A DNA stretch of 64,000 nucleotides from Haplodiscus bocki (taxonomy: Eukaryota), in contig OZ296659.1 of NCBI GenBank assembly GCA_965655095.1, positions 35,402,001 through 35,466,000 on the forward strand. Reading direction: 5' to 3'. Of this stretch, positions 1-12,900 are shown piece by piece (position 1 is the first letter of the stretch; each line of letters opens with the position of its first letter). The translations under genes and the position numbers were made by a program. Below the pieces are notes generated by a model. It searched no databases. It was not told where the DNA came from and saw nothing but the letters and a program-made list of their open reading frames with translations.

Positions 1-515
1 TGTCTGAGACAAATGCCTGCAACTTCTATGCCCGCAAGTATTAACTATCACCCAGAGGCTCACATGCACTTCTGCGCACAAGTGTGCTTGATGAAACGGA
101 GTTACTCTAGTGATCTCGACTCCACTCGCTTTTTTGCCGGACAGATACGTCCGAAAAGTTTGATGTGTTGGGTTTTTGAGACAAAACTACAGGCATTTTC
201 CTTTTCAACAGTGACTACTTTTTAGTCATCAAAGCAACTTTTGCGAGCTGTTACTCAAAAATTCATTCCACATCTTTTGCCGCCTTTATCGGAGAAACTC
301 GTTGATCATGATGAAACATCAATGTCTCATTTTGACAGTGCAGTTTTGCAAAGAGATCTGTTGCCATCAACTTCAGCAAAAAAGCAGTCGGGAATCAAAA
401 ATAACCAGTCACTGCGACTGAAAAACAACTGATTTGTTTTGATAACTGTATTCAAAACTATAGAATTCCATCTGCATTGGAAAATACATTTTCTTTTCAC
501 GTAACTTTATTGAAT

Positions 516-541
516 AGAAACTTCGAGAAGCTATATAAAAG
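516..541 (+). promoter_or_regulatory. HSE-like motif (aGAAa-cTTCg-aGAAg) abutting a TATA box (TATATAAAAG); homologous site in every unit
   Basis: Direct match to nGAAnnTTCnnGAAn at 516-530 and to TATAWAWR starting at 532. It lies in the most AT-rich, least ORF-like part of the unit. Motif match only. Confidence 0.3.
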
Positions 542-1136
542 TTAATGCAAACATTGAGTTCGTGAAACTTGCTGCCAAATTAATGACAACCTAAAATGGA
601 AACTATATAGATGATTCATTAGGCGAATGCAATCAAGAAATTCATTGATGACATCAGAATAAAAGTAATCCACTTCGGATACAAAATCCCCGTCTCCATT
701 TCATCCTGTTGTGTTGCTAATTGTATCTGTCCTTGCTATGTTGACCTCTCTTCTGTTCTTGAAGAAAGAGTTCTTGAAATGTGGATAAGGAAACTTGTTT
801 TGTATTCCACCTGAAGAGTGAAAATTCTGCTACTGATTTTTGAGTTAGATTTCGGAAACTGATCTCCAAAAATATAGCGCTTTAGAGATTAACGGAATTA
901 CTAACAACTCCCAGCAAAATGTCTCGAAATCGTTTTCGAGCGTTCTTCAATATACCATTCTGCTGACTTCAGAAAGTGAATTTTTGAGACAGGAGGAACA
1001 ACGTAGACATGAGCCATTTTTGATACGGAATTTTTGTTCTCAGGAAGAAATACTGAAGTTGTAAACTTACTGAAGCTTTCGCTCGAAATTCTGTTCAGTC
1101 CATTTCCTGTATCAAAGCCCAAGAATAGATACACGA

Positions 1137-1862
1137 TTAGAAGGGCTCTTGTCTGAATGCATCAACACCCTCTGCATCTGCTTTTGATCTCCCACCTTTT
1201 CTTTTAGAATCTTTCATGCAATCAGGGAGTCCCTCATTTCCCCAAATTGCCACTCTGAGGTACCTCCAATAGTTCTCTTTGTTGCAACCAATGCAGTTTT
1301 TTTCTGGAATCATTCCTTTGCAGAAACTTCCATCGCTCGCCATGGGCTCCTCCAATTCTGAATCAAGCTTGTGCTCTGACCTTTCGCTTTGCTTTCCGGC
1401 GGAATCTTTGTGGTAAATCGATGCGGTTTCATTCAAACACGAATTGCATCGCCTTCCTAAAGAACTTCCTACCAGTTATTGAGAAGAAATGGAAGCTGCC
1501 TAAACTTCAGGTAACTCAGAGCTAACACACAATGGTATAGACGTACTATAATTTTCGCTAACAAGTGACTTGAGTGAAACAACTTGTTTTTGTAAATCGT
1601 CATTCTGGGACTGCAAGACGTCTTTATATTTTGTCAACGAGGACACAAATTGTAGCCCAGATTGGTGGAACTTTTCTGCTAACTCAATATGAATCTTCAG
1701 CACTGGCGAAAATCGAAGCTGATTCGGTTGTGCACCTTGTTTTTTCCCTTTATGCCAAAAAATCAATCTGAGTCGTTCTTTTCCTGACTCAGGAATCAAA
1801 TATTTGACTTCACTGGAAACAACACTGTTCTCACATGCTTTTCGTGCGTTCGTTTTTTTCAA
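1137..1862 (-). pseudogene. Decayed coding relic in the repeat unit (representative copy); protein family not identified
   Basis: ORFs 1500..1862 and 1137..1436 share one minus frame, separated by 2 stops in ~22 codons. The minus strand is purine-rich and includes a heptad-leucine stretch. Confidence 0.5.
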
Positions 1863-4800
1863 TTAGGAAGGCTTGGAGCAGTATCTTAATGTCTGAGACA
1901 AATGCCTGCAACTTCTATGCCCGCAAGTATTAACTATCACCCAGAGGCTCACATGCACTTCTGTGCACAGGTGTGTTTGATTAAACGGAGTTACTCTAGC
2001 GATCACGTCTCTACTCGCTTTTTTTCCGGACAGATACATCCGAAAAGTTTGATGTGTTGGGTTTTTGAGAAAAAACTACAGGCATTTTGCTTTTCAACAG
2101 TGACTACTTTTTAGTCATCAAAGCAACTTCTGCGAGCTGTTACTGAAAAATTCATTCCACATCTTTTGCTGCGTTTATCGGAGAAACTCGTTGATCATGA
2201 TGAAACATCAATGTCTCATTTTGACAGTGCAGTTTTGCAAAGAGATCTGTTGCCATCAACTTCAGCAAAAAAGCAGTCGGGAATCAAAAATAACCAGTCA
2301 CTGCGACTGAAAAACAACTGATTCGTTTTGATAACTGTATTCAAAACTATAGAATTTCATCTGCATTGGAAAATACATTTTCTTATCACGTAACTTTATT
2401 GAATAGAAACTTCGAGAAGCTATATAAAAGTTAATACAAACATTGAGTTCGTGAAACTTGCTGCCAAATTAATGACAACCTAAAATGGAAACTATATAGA
2501 TGATTCATTAGGCGATTGCAATCAAGAAATTCATTGATGACATCAGAATAAAAATAATCCACTTCGGATACAAAATCCCCGTCTCCATTTCATCCTGTTG
2601 TGTTGCTAATTGTATCTGTCCTTGCTATGTTGACATCTCTTCTGTTCTTGAAGAAAGAGTTCTTGAAATGTGGATAAGGAAACTTGTTTTGTATTCCACC
2701 TGAAGAGTGAAAATTCTGCTACTTATTTTTGAGTTAGATTTCGGAAACTGATCTCCAAAAATATAGCGCTTTAGAGATTAACGGAATTACTAACAACTAC
2801 CAGCAAAATGTCTCGAAATCGTTTTCGAGCGTTCTTCAATATACCATTCTGCTGACTTCAGAAAGTGAATTTTTGAGACAGGAGGAACAACGTAGACATG
2901 AGCCAATTTTGATACGGAATTTTTGTTCTCAGGAAGAAATACTGAAGTTGTAAACTTACTGAAGCTTTTGCTCGAAATTCTGTTCAGTCCATTTCCTGTA
3001 TCAAAGCCCAAGAATAGATACACGATTAGAAGGGCTCTTGTCTGAATGCATCAACACCCTCTGCATCTGCTTTTGATCTCCCACCTTTTCTTTTAGAATC
3101 TTTCATGCAATCAGGGAGTCCCTCATTTCCCCAAATTTCCGCTCCGAGGTATCTCCAATACTTCTATTTGTTGCAACCAATGCAGCTTTTTTCTCGAGTC
3201 TTGCCTTTTCACACACTTCCATCGCTCGCCATGGGCTTCGCCAATTCTCAATCAAGCTTGTGCTCTGACCTTTCGCTTTGCTTTCCGGCGGAATCTTTGT
3301 GGTAAATCGATGCGGTTTCATTCAAACACGAATTGCATCGACTTCATAAAGAACTTCCTACGAGTTAATGAGAAGAAATGGAAGCTGCCTAAATTTCAGG
3401 TAACTCAGAGCTAACACACAATGGTATAGACGTACTATAATTTTTGCTAACAAGTGACTTGAGTTAAACAACTTGTTTTTGTAAATCGTCATTCTGGGAC
3501 TGCCAGACGTCTTTATATTTTGTCAACGAGGACACAAATTGTAGCCCAGATTGGTGGAACTTTTCTGCTAACTCGATATGAATCTTCAGCACTGGCGAAA
3601 ATCGAAGCTGATTGGGTTGTGTACCCTGTTTTTTCCCTTTATGCCAAAAAATCAATCTGAGTCGTTCTTTTCCTGACTCAGGAATCAATTATTTGACTTC
3701 ACCGGAAATAACACTGTTCGCACATACTTTTCGTGTGTTCGTTTTTTTCAATTAGGAAGGCTTGGAGCTGTATCTTAATGTCTGAGACAAATGCCTTCAA
3801 CTTCTATGCCCGCAAGTATTAACTATCACCCAGAGGCTCACATGCACTTCTGCGCACAGGTGTGCTTGATGAAACGGAGTTACTCTAGTGATCTCGACTC
3901 CACTCGCTTTTTTTTCCGGACAGATACATCCGAAAAGTTTGATGTGTTGGGTTTTTGAGACAAAACTACAGGCATTTTCCTTTTCAACAGTGGCTACTTT
4001 TTAGTCATCAAAGCAACTTTTGCGAGCTCTTTCTGAAGATATCATTCCACATCTTTTGCCCCCTTTATCGGAGAAACTCGTTGATCATGATGAAACATCA
4101 ATGTCTCATTTTGACAGTGCATTTTTGCAAAGAGATCTGTTGCCATCAACTTCAGCAAGAGAGCAGTCGGGAATCAAAAATAACCAGTCACTGCGACTGA
4201 AAAACAACTGATTCGTTTTGATAACTGTATTCAAAACTATAGAATTTCATCTGCATTGGAAAATACATTTTCTTATCACGTAACTTTATTGAATAGAAAC
4301 TTCGAGAAGCTATATAAAAGTTAATACAAACATTGAGTTCGTGAAACTTGCTGCCAAATTAATGACAACATAAAATTGAAACTTTATAGATGATTCATTA
4401 GGTGAATGCAATCAAGAAATTCTTTAATGACATCAGAATAAAAATAATCCACTTCGGATACAAAATCCCCGTCTCCATTTCATCCTGTTGTGTTGCTAAT
4501 TGTATCTGTCCTTGCTTTGTTGACTGCTCTTCTGTTCTTGAAGAAAGAGTTCTTGAAATGTGGATAAGGAAACTTGTTTTGTATTCCACCTGAAGAGTGA
4601 AAATTCTGCCACTTATTTTTGAGTTGGATTTTGGAAACTGATCTCCAAAATTATAGCGTTTTAAATTTTAACGGAATTACTAACAACTACCAGCGAATTG
4701 TCTCGAAATCGTTTCCGACCGTTTTTCAATATACCACTCTGCTGACTTCAGAACGTGCATTTTTGAGACAGGAGGAAGAACGTAGACATAAGCCGGTTTC

Positions 4801-7800
4801 GATACGGGATTTTTGTTCTCGGGAAGAAATGCTGAAGTTGTAAATTTACTGAAGCTTTCGCTCGAAGTTCTGTTCAGTCCATTTCCTGGATCAAAGCCCA
4901 AGAATAGATACACGATTAGAAGGGCTCTTGTCTGAATGCATCAACACCCTCTGCATCTGCTTTTGATCTCCCACCTATTCTTTTAGAATCTTTCATGCAA
5001 TCAGGGAGTCCCTCATTTCCCCAAATTGCCACTCTGAGGTACCTCCAATAGTTCTCTTTGTTGCAACCAATGCAGCCTTTTTCTGGCATATTTCCTTTGC
5101 AGAAACTTCCTTTGCTCGCCATGGGCTCCTCCTTCTTCTGAATCAAGCTTGTGCTCTGACCTTTCGCTTTGCTTTCCGGCGGCATCTTTGAGGTAAATCG
5201 ATGCGGTTTCATTCAAACACGAATTGCATCGACTTCCTAAAGAACTTCCTACCAGTTATTGAGAAGAAATGGAGGCTGCCTAACTTTCAGGTAACTCAGA
5301 GCTAACACACAATGGTATGGACGTACTATAATTTTTGCTAACAAGTGACTTGAGTGGAACAACTTGTTTTTGTAAATCGTCATTCTGGGACTGCAAGACG
5401 TCTTTATATTTTGTCAGCGAGGACACAAATTGTAGCCCAGATTGGTGGAAATTTTCTGCTAACTCGATATGAATCTTCAGGACTGGCGAAAATCGAAGCT
5501 GATTGGGTTGTGTACCCTGTTTTTTCCTTTATGCCAAAAAATCAATCTGAGTCGTTCTTTTCCTGACTCAGGAATCAAATATTTGACTTCAATGGAAAGA
5601 ACAATGTTCGCAGATACCCTTGGTGCGTTCCTTTTTTCAATTGGGAATGCTTGGGGCAAAATCTTAATGTCTGAGACAAATGCCTGCAACTTCTATGCCC
5701 TCAAGTTTTAACTATCACCCAGAGGCTCACATGCACTTCTCCGCACAGGTGTGCTTGATGAAACGGAGTTACTCTAGCGATCACGTCTCCACTTGCTTTT
5801 TTTCCCGGACAGATACATCCAAAAACTTTGTGTGTTGGGTTTTTGAGACAAAACTACAGGCATTTTTAACAGTTACTCTTTTTTAGTCATCAAAGCAACT
5901 TTTGCGAGCTGTTTCTGAAGATTTCATTCAAAATCTTTTTCCGCATTTATCAGAGAGACTCATTGATCATGATGAAACATCAATGTCTCTTATTTTGACA
6001 GTGCCTTTTTGCAAAGAGATCTGTTGCCATCAACTTCAGCGAGAGAGCAGTGTGGGGTCAAAAATAACCAGTCACTGCGACTGTAAAACAGCTGATTCTT
6101 TTTGATAACTGTATTCAAAACTATAGAAATTCATCTGCATTGGAAAATAAATTTTCTTATATCACGTAGCTTTAGTGAAATTAAATTTCGAGAAGTTATA
6201 TAAAAGTTAATACAAACATTGAGTTGGTGAAACTTGCCGCCAAAATAAAGACAACATTAAATTAAAACTTTGTAGCTGATTCATTAGGTGAATGCAATCA
6301 AGGAATTCATTATTAACATCAGAATAAAAATCATCAACTTCGGATAAAAATCCCCGTCTCCTTTTCATCCTGTTGTGTTGCTTATTGTATCTGTCCTTGC
6401 TTTGTTGACTGCTCTTCTGTTTTTTGAAGAAAGAGTTCTTGAAATTTGGATAAAGAAACTTGTTTTGTATTTCACCTGAAGAAGAGTGAAAATTCTGGTA
6501 CTTCTTTTTGAGTTAGATTTTGGAAACTGTTCTCCAAAAAAATAGCGCTCTAGAGATTAACGGAATTACTAACAACTACCAGCAAAATGTCTCGAAATCG
6601 TTTTCGAGCGTTGTTCAATATACCACTCTGCTGACTTCAGAACGTGCACTTTTGAGACAGTAGGAAGAACGTAGACATGAGCCAATTTTGATACGGAGTT
6701 TTTGTTCTCAGGAAGAAATACTGAAGTTGTAAACTTACTGGAGCTTTCGCTTGAAGTTCTGTTCAGTCCATTTCCTGGATCAAAGCCCAAGATTTTTTAC
6801 ACGATTAGAACGGCTAACGTCTGAAGGCGTCAACACCCTCTGCATCTTCTTTTGATCTCCCACCTTTTCTCTCAGAATCTTTCATGCAATCAGGGGAGTC
6901 CCTCATTTCCCCAAATTGCCACTCTGAGGTACCTCCAATACTTATCTTTGTTGCAACCAATGCAGCTTTTTTCTGGAATCTTTCCTTTGCAGAAACTTCC
7001 ATCGCTCGCCATGGGCTCCTCCAATTCTGAATCAAGCTTGTGCTCTGACCTTTCGCTTTGCTTTCCGGCGGAATCTTTGTGGTAAATCGATGCGGTTTCA
7101 TTCAAACGCGAATTGCATCGACTTCCTAAAGAACTTCCTACCAGTTAATGAGAAGAAATGGAACCTGTCTAAACTTCAGGTAACTCAGAGCTAACACACA
7201 ATGGTATAGACGTACTATATTTTTCGCTAACAAGTGACTTGAGTGAAACAACTTGTTTTTGTAAATCGTCATTCTGGGACTGCAAGACTTTTTTATTTTT
7301 TGTCAACAAGGACACAAGTTGTAGCCCGGACTGTTGGATCTTTTCTGCTAACTCAATATATATTTGCAGCAATGGCGAAAATCGAAGCTGGTTGGGTTGT
7401 GCACCCTATTTTTCTCACTTTATGCCAAAAATTCAATCTGAGTCGTTATTTTTCTAACTCAGGAATCAAATTTTTGATTTCACCGGAAACAACACTGTTC
7501 GCACATACTTTTCGTGCGTTCGTTTTTTTCAATTAGGAAGGCTTGGAGCAATATTTTAATGTCTGAGACAAATGCCTGCAACTTCTATGCCCGCAAGTAT
7601 TAACTATCACCCAGAGGCTCACATGCACTTCTTCGCACAGGTGTGCTTGATGAAACGGAGTTACTCTAGTGATCTCGACTCCGCTCGCTTTTTTTCCGGA
7701 CAGATACATCCGGAAAGTTTGATGTGTTGGGTAATTGAGACAAAACTACAGGCATTTTCCTTTTCAACAGTGACTCCTTTTTAGTCATCACAGCAACTTT

Positions 7801-9421
7801 TGCGAGCTGTTTCTGAAGAATTCATTCCACATCTTTTGCCGCTTTTATCGGAGAAACTCGCTGATCATGATGAAACATCAATGTGTCAAATTTTGACAGT
7901 GCATTTTTGCAAAGAGATCTGTTGCCATCAACTTCAGCAAGAGAGCAGTCGGGGATCAAAAATAACCAGTCACTGCGACTGAAAAACAACTGATTCGTTT
8001 TGATAACTGTATTCAAAACTATAGAAATTCATCTGCATTGGAAAATAAATTTTCTTATCACGTAACTTTTTTGAATAGAAACTTCGAGAAACTATATAAA
8101 AGTTAATACAAACATTGAGTTCATGAAACTTGCTGCCAAAATATTGACAACATAAAATTGAAATTATATAGCTGATTCATTAGGTAAATGCAATCAAGAA
8201 ATTCTTTAATGACATCAGAATAAAAATAATCCACTTCGGATACAAAATCCCCGTCTCCATTTCATCCTGTTGTGTTGCTAATTGTATCTGTCCTTGCTTT
8301 GTTGACCTCTCTTCTGTTTTTGAAGAAAGAGTTCTTGAAATGTGGATAAGGATACTTGTTTTGTATTTCACCTGAAGAGTGAAAATTCTGCTACTTATTT
8401 TTAGTTAGATTTTGGAAACTGATCTCCAAAAAAATAGCGATTTGGAGATTAACGGAATTACTAACAACTACCAGCAAAATGTCTCGAAGTCGTTTTCGAG
8501 CGTTGTTCAATATACCACTCTGCTGACTCCAGAACGTGCATTTTTGAGACAGGAGGAAGAACGTAGGCATGAGCCAATTCCGATACGGGATTTTTGTTCT
8601 GAGGAAGAAATACTGAAGTTGTAAACTTTTTGAAGCTTTCGCTTGAAGTTCTGTTCAGTCCATCTCCTGGATCAAAGCCCAGGAATAGATACACGATAAG
8701 AAGGGCTATTGTCTGAATGCATCAACACCCTCTGCATCTGCTTTTGATCTCCCACCTTTTCTTTCAGAATCTTTCATGCAATCAGGGAGTCCCTCATTTC
8801 CCCAAATTGCCACTCTGAGGTACCTCCGATTCTTATCTTTGTTGCAACCAATGCAGCTTTTTTCTGGAATCTTTCCTTTGCAGAAACTTCCATCGCTCGC
8901 CATGGGCTCCTCCAATTCTGAATCAAGCTTGTGCTCTGACCTTTCGCTTTGCTTTCCGGCGGCATCTTTGAGGTAAATCGATGCGGTTTCATTCAAACAC
9001 GAATTGCTTCGACTTCCTAAAGAACTTCCTACCAGTTAATGAGAAGAAATGGAACCTGCCTAAACTTCAGGTAACTCAGAGCTAACACAATGGTATAGAC
9101 GTACTATATTTTTCGCTAACAAGTGACTTGAGTGAAACAACTTGTTTTTGTAAATCGTCATTCTGGGACTGCAAGACTTTTTTATATTTTGTCAACAAGG
9201 ACACAAGTTGTAGCCCGGACTGTTGGATCTTTTCTGCTAACTCAATATATATTTGCAGCAATGGCGAAAATCGAAGCTGGTTGGGTTGTGCACCCTATTT
9301 TTCTCACTTTATGCCAAAAATTCAATCTGAGTCGTTATTTTTCCAACTCAGGAATCAAATTTTTGATTTCACCGGAGAAAACTCTGATCGCAGAGACTTT
9401 TCGTGTGTTCGTTTTTTTCAA

Positions 9422-9907
9422 TTAGGAAGGCTTGGAGCAATATTTTAATGTCTGAGACAAATGCCTGCAACTTCTATGCCCGCAAGTATTAACTATCACC
9501 CAGAGGCTCACATGCACTTCCTCGCACAGGTGTGCTTGATGAAACGGAGTTACTCTAGTGATCTCGACTCCACTCGCTTTTTTTTCCGGACAGATTCCAT
9601 CCGGAAAATTTGATGTGTTGGGTAATTGAGACAAAACTACAGGCATTTTCCTTTTCAACAGTGACTCCTTTTTAGTCATCAAAGCAACTTTTGCGAGCTG
9701 TTTCTGAAGAATTCATTCCACATCTTTTGCCGCCTTTATCGGAGAAACTCGCTGATCATGATGAAACAACAATGTGTCAAATTTTGACAGTGCATTTTTG
9801 CAAAGAGATCTGTTGCCATCAACTTCAGCAAGAGAGCAGTCGGGGATCAAAAATAACCAGTCACTGCGACTGAAAAACAACTGATTCGTTTTGATAACTG
9901 TATTCAA
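9422..9907 (-). pseudogene. Upstream part of the same decayed coding relic (representative copy)
   Basis: ORFs 9713..9907 and 9422..9682 are in one frame with a single stop between them. The terminal TAA is immediately followed in frame by LKKTN..., the start of the 120-aa ORF in copy 1. Confidence 0.4.
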
Positions 9908-12900
9908 AACTATAGAATTTCATCTGCATTGGAAAATAAATTTTCTTATCACGTAACTTTTTTGAATAGAAACTTCGAGAAACTATATAAAGTTAATACA
10001 AACATTGAGTTCGTGAAACTTGCTGCCAAAATAATGACAACATAAAATTGAAACTTTATAGATGATTCATCAGGTGAATGCAATCAAGAAATTCTTTAAT
10101 GACATCAGAATAAAAATAATCCACTTCGGATACAAAATCCCCGTCTCCATTTCATCCTGTTGTGTTGCTAATTGTATCTGTCCTTGCTTTGTTGACGTCT
10201 CTTCTGTTTTTGAAGAAAGAGTTCTTGAAATGTGGATAAGGATACTTGTTTTGTATTTCACCTGAAGAGTGAAAATTCTGCTACTTATTTTTGAGTTAGG
10301 TTTTGGTAACTGATCTCCAAAAAATAGCGCTGTAGAGATTAACGGAATTACTAACAACTACCAGCAAAATGTCTCGAAGTCGTTTTCGAGCGTTGTTCAA
10401 TATACCACTCTGCTGACTTCAGAACGTGCATTTTTGAGACAGGAGGAAGAACGTAGGCATGAGCCAATTTCCATACGGGATTTTTGTTCTGAGGAAGAAA
10501 TACTGAAGTTGTAAACTTTTTGAAGCTTTCGCTTGAAGTTCTGTTCAGTCCATTTCCTGGATCAAAGCCCAAGAATAGATACAAGATTAGAAGGGCTAAC
10601 GTCTGAAGGCATCAACACCCTCTGCATCTGCTTTTGATCTCCCACCTTTTCTTTCAGAATCTTTCATGCAATCAGGGAGTCCCTCATTTCCCCAAATTGC
10701 CACTCTGAGGTACCTCCAATAGTTCTCTTTGTTGCAACCAATGCAGCTTTTTTCTGGACTCTTTCCTTTGCAGAAACTTCCTTCGCTCGCCATGGGCTCC
10801 TCCAATTCTGAATCAAGCTTGTGCTCTGACCTTTCGCTTTGCTTTCCGGCGGAATCTTTGAGGTAAATCGATGCGGTTTCATTCAAACACGAATTGCATC
10901 GACTTCCTAAAGAACTTCTTACCAGTTAATGAGAGAAAATGGAACCTGCCCAAACTTCAGGTAACTCAGAGCTAAGACACAATGATATAGACGTACTATA
11001 ATTTTCGCTAACTAGTGACTTGGGTGAAACAACTTGTTTTTGTAAATCGTCATTCTGGGACTGCAACACGTCTTTGTATTTTGTCAACAAGGACACAAGT
11101 TGTAGCCCGGACTGTTGGATCTTTTCTGCTAACTCAATATATATTTGCAGCAATGGCGAAAATCGAAGCTGGTTGGGTTGTGCACCCTATTTTTCTCACT
11201 TTATGCCAAAAATTCAATCTGAGTCGTTATTTTTCCAACTCAGGAATCAAATTTTTGATTTCACCGGAGAAAACTCTGATCGCAGAGACTTTTCGTGTGT
11301 TCGTTTTTTTCAATTAGGAAGGCTTGGAGCAATATTTTAATGTCTGAGACAAATGCCTGCAACTTCTATGCCCGCAAGTATTAACTATCACCCAGAGGCT
11401 CACATGCACTTCCTCGCACAGGTGTGCTTGATGAAACGGAGTTACTCTAGTGATCTCGACTCCACTCGCTTTTTTTTCCGGACAGATTCCATCCGGAAAA
11501 TTTGATGTGTTGGGTAATTGAGACAAAACTACAGGCATTTTCCTTTTCAACAGTGACTCCTTTTTAGTCATCAAAGCAACTTTTGCGAGCTGTTTCTGAA
11601 GAATTCATTCCACATCTTTTGCCGCCTTTATCGGAGAAACTCGCTGATCATGATGAAACATCAATGTGTCAAATTTTGACAGTGCATTTTTGCAAAGAGA
11701 TCTGTTGCCATCAACTTCAGCAAGAGAGCAGTCGGGGATCAAAAATAACCAGTCACTGCGACTGAAAAACAACTGATTCGTTTTGATAACTGTATTCAAA
11801 ACTATAGAATTTCATCTGCATTGGAAAATAAATTTTCTTATCACGTAACTTTTTTGAATAGAAACTTCGAGAAACTATATAAAGTTAATACAAACATTGA
11901 GTTCGTGAAACTTGCTGCCAAAATAATGACAACATAAAATTGAAACTTTATAGATGATTCATCAGGTGAATGCAATCAAGAAATTCTTTAATGACATCAG
12001 AATAAAAATAATCCACTTCGGATACAAAATCCCCGTCTCCATTTCATCCTGTTGTGTTGCTAATTGTATCTGTCCTTGCTTTGTTGACGTCTCTTCTGTT
12101 TTTGAAGAAAGAGTTCTTGAAATGTGGATAAGGATACTTGTTTTGTATTTCACCTGAAGAGTGAAATTTCTACTACTTATTTTTGAGTTCGATTTCTGAA
12201 ACTGATCTCCAAAATTATAGCGTTTTAAATTTTAACGGAATTACTAACAACTACCAGCGAATTGTCTCGAAATCGTTTCCGACCGTTTTTCAATATACCA
12301 CTCTGCTGACTTCAGAACGTGCACTTTTGAGACAGGAGGAAAAACGTAGAAATGATGCGGTTTTGATACGGGATTTTTGTTTTCAGGAAGAAATACCGAA
12401 GTAAACTTTTTGAAGCTTTCGCTTGAAGTTCTGTTCAGTCCATTTCCTGGATCAAAGCCCAAGAATAGATACACGATTAGAAGGCTCTTGTGTGAATGCA
12501 TCAACACCCTCTGCAACTGCTTTTGATCTCCCACCTTTTCTTTTAGAATCTTTCATGCAATCAGGGAGTCCCTCATTTCCCCAAATTGCCACTCTGAGGT
12601 ACCTCCAATAGTTCTCTTTGTTGCAACCAATGCAGCTTTTTTCTGGACTCTTTCCTCTGCAGAAACTTCCTTCGCTCGCCATGGGCTCCTCCAATTCTGA
12701 ATCAAGCTTGTGCTCTGACCTTTCGCTTTGCTTTCCGGCGGAATCTTTGAGGTAAATCGATGCGGTTTCATTCAAACACGAATTGCATCGACTTCCTAAA
12801 GAACTTCTTACCAGTTAATGAGAGAAAATGGAACCTGCCCAAACTTCAGGTAACTCAGAGCTAAGACACAATGATATAGACGTACTATAATTTTCGCTAA

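Noticed and set aside
1714-1736. Helitron termini at the inferred unit boundary (minus-strand A|TCAGCTT)
   Set aside because: There is no CTRR 3' end with subterminal hairpin and no Rep/helicase motifs.
4402-4593. THAP-like plus-strand ORF (SSCCVANC...LEMWIRKL)
   Set aside because: The FP and C-x-x-HF motifs are missing. The Cys/Val richness is explained as antisense of the CAA/ACA-rich minus strand.
7000-7065. Gypsy integrase GPY/F-like stretch KGQSTSLIQNWRSPWRAMEV (minus strand)
   Set aside because: The key K and G residues are absent, and there is no integrase core, RT motif or LTR nearby. It also conflicts with the longer open frame.
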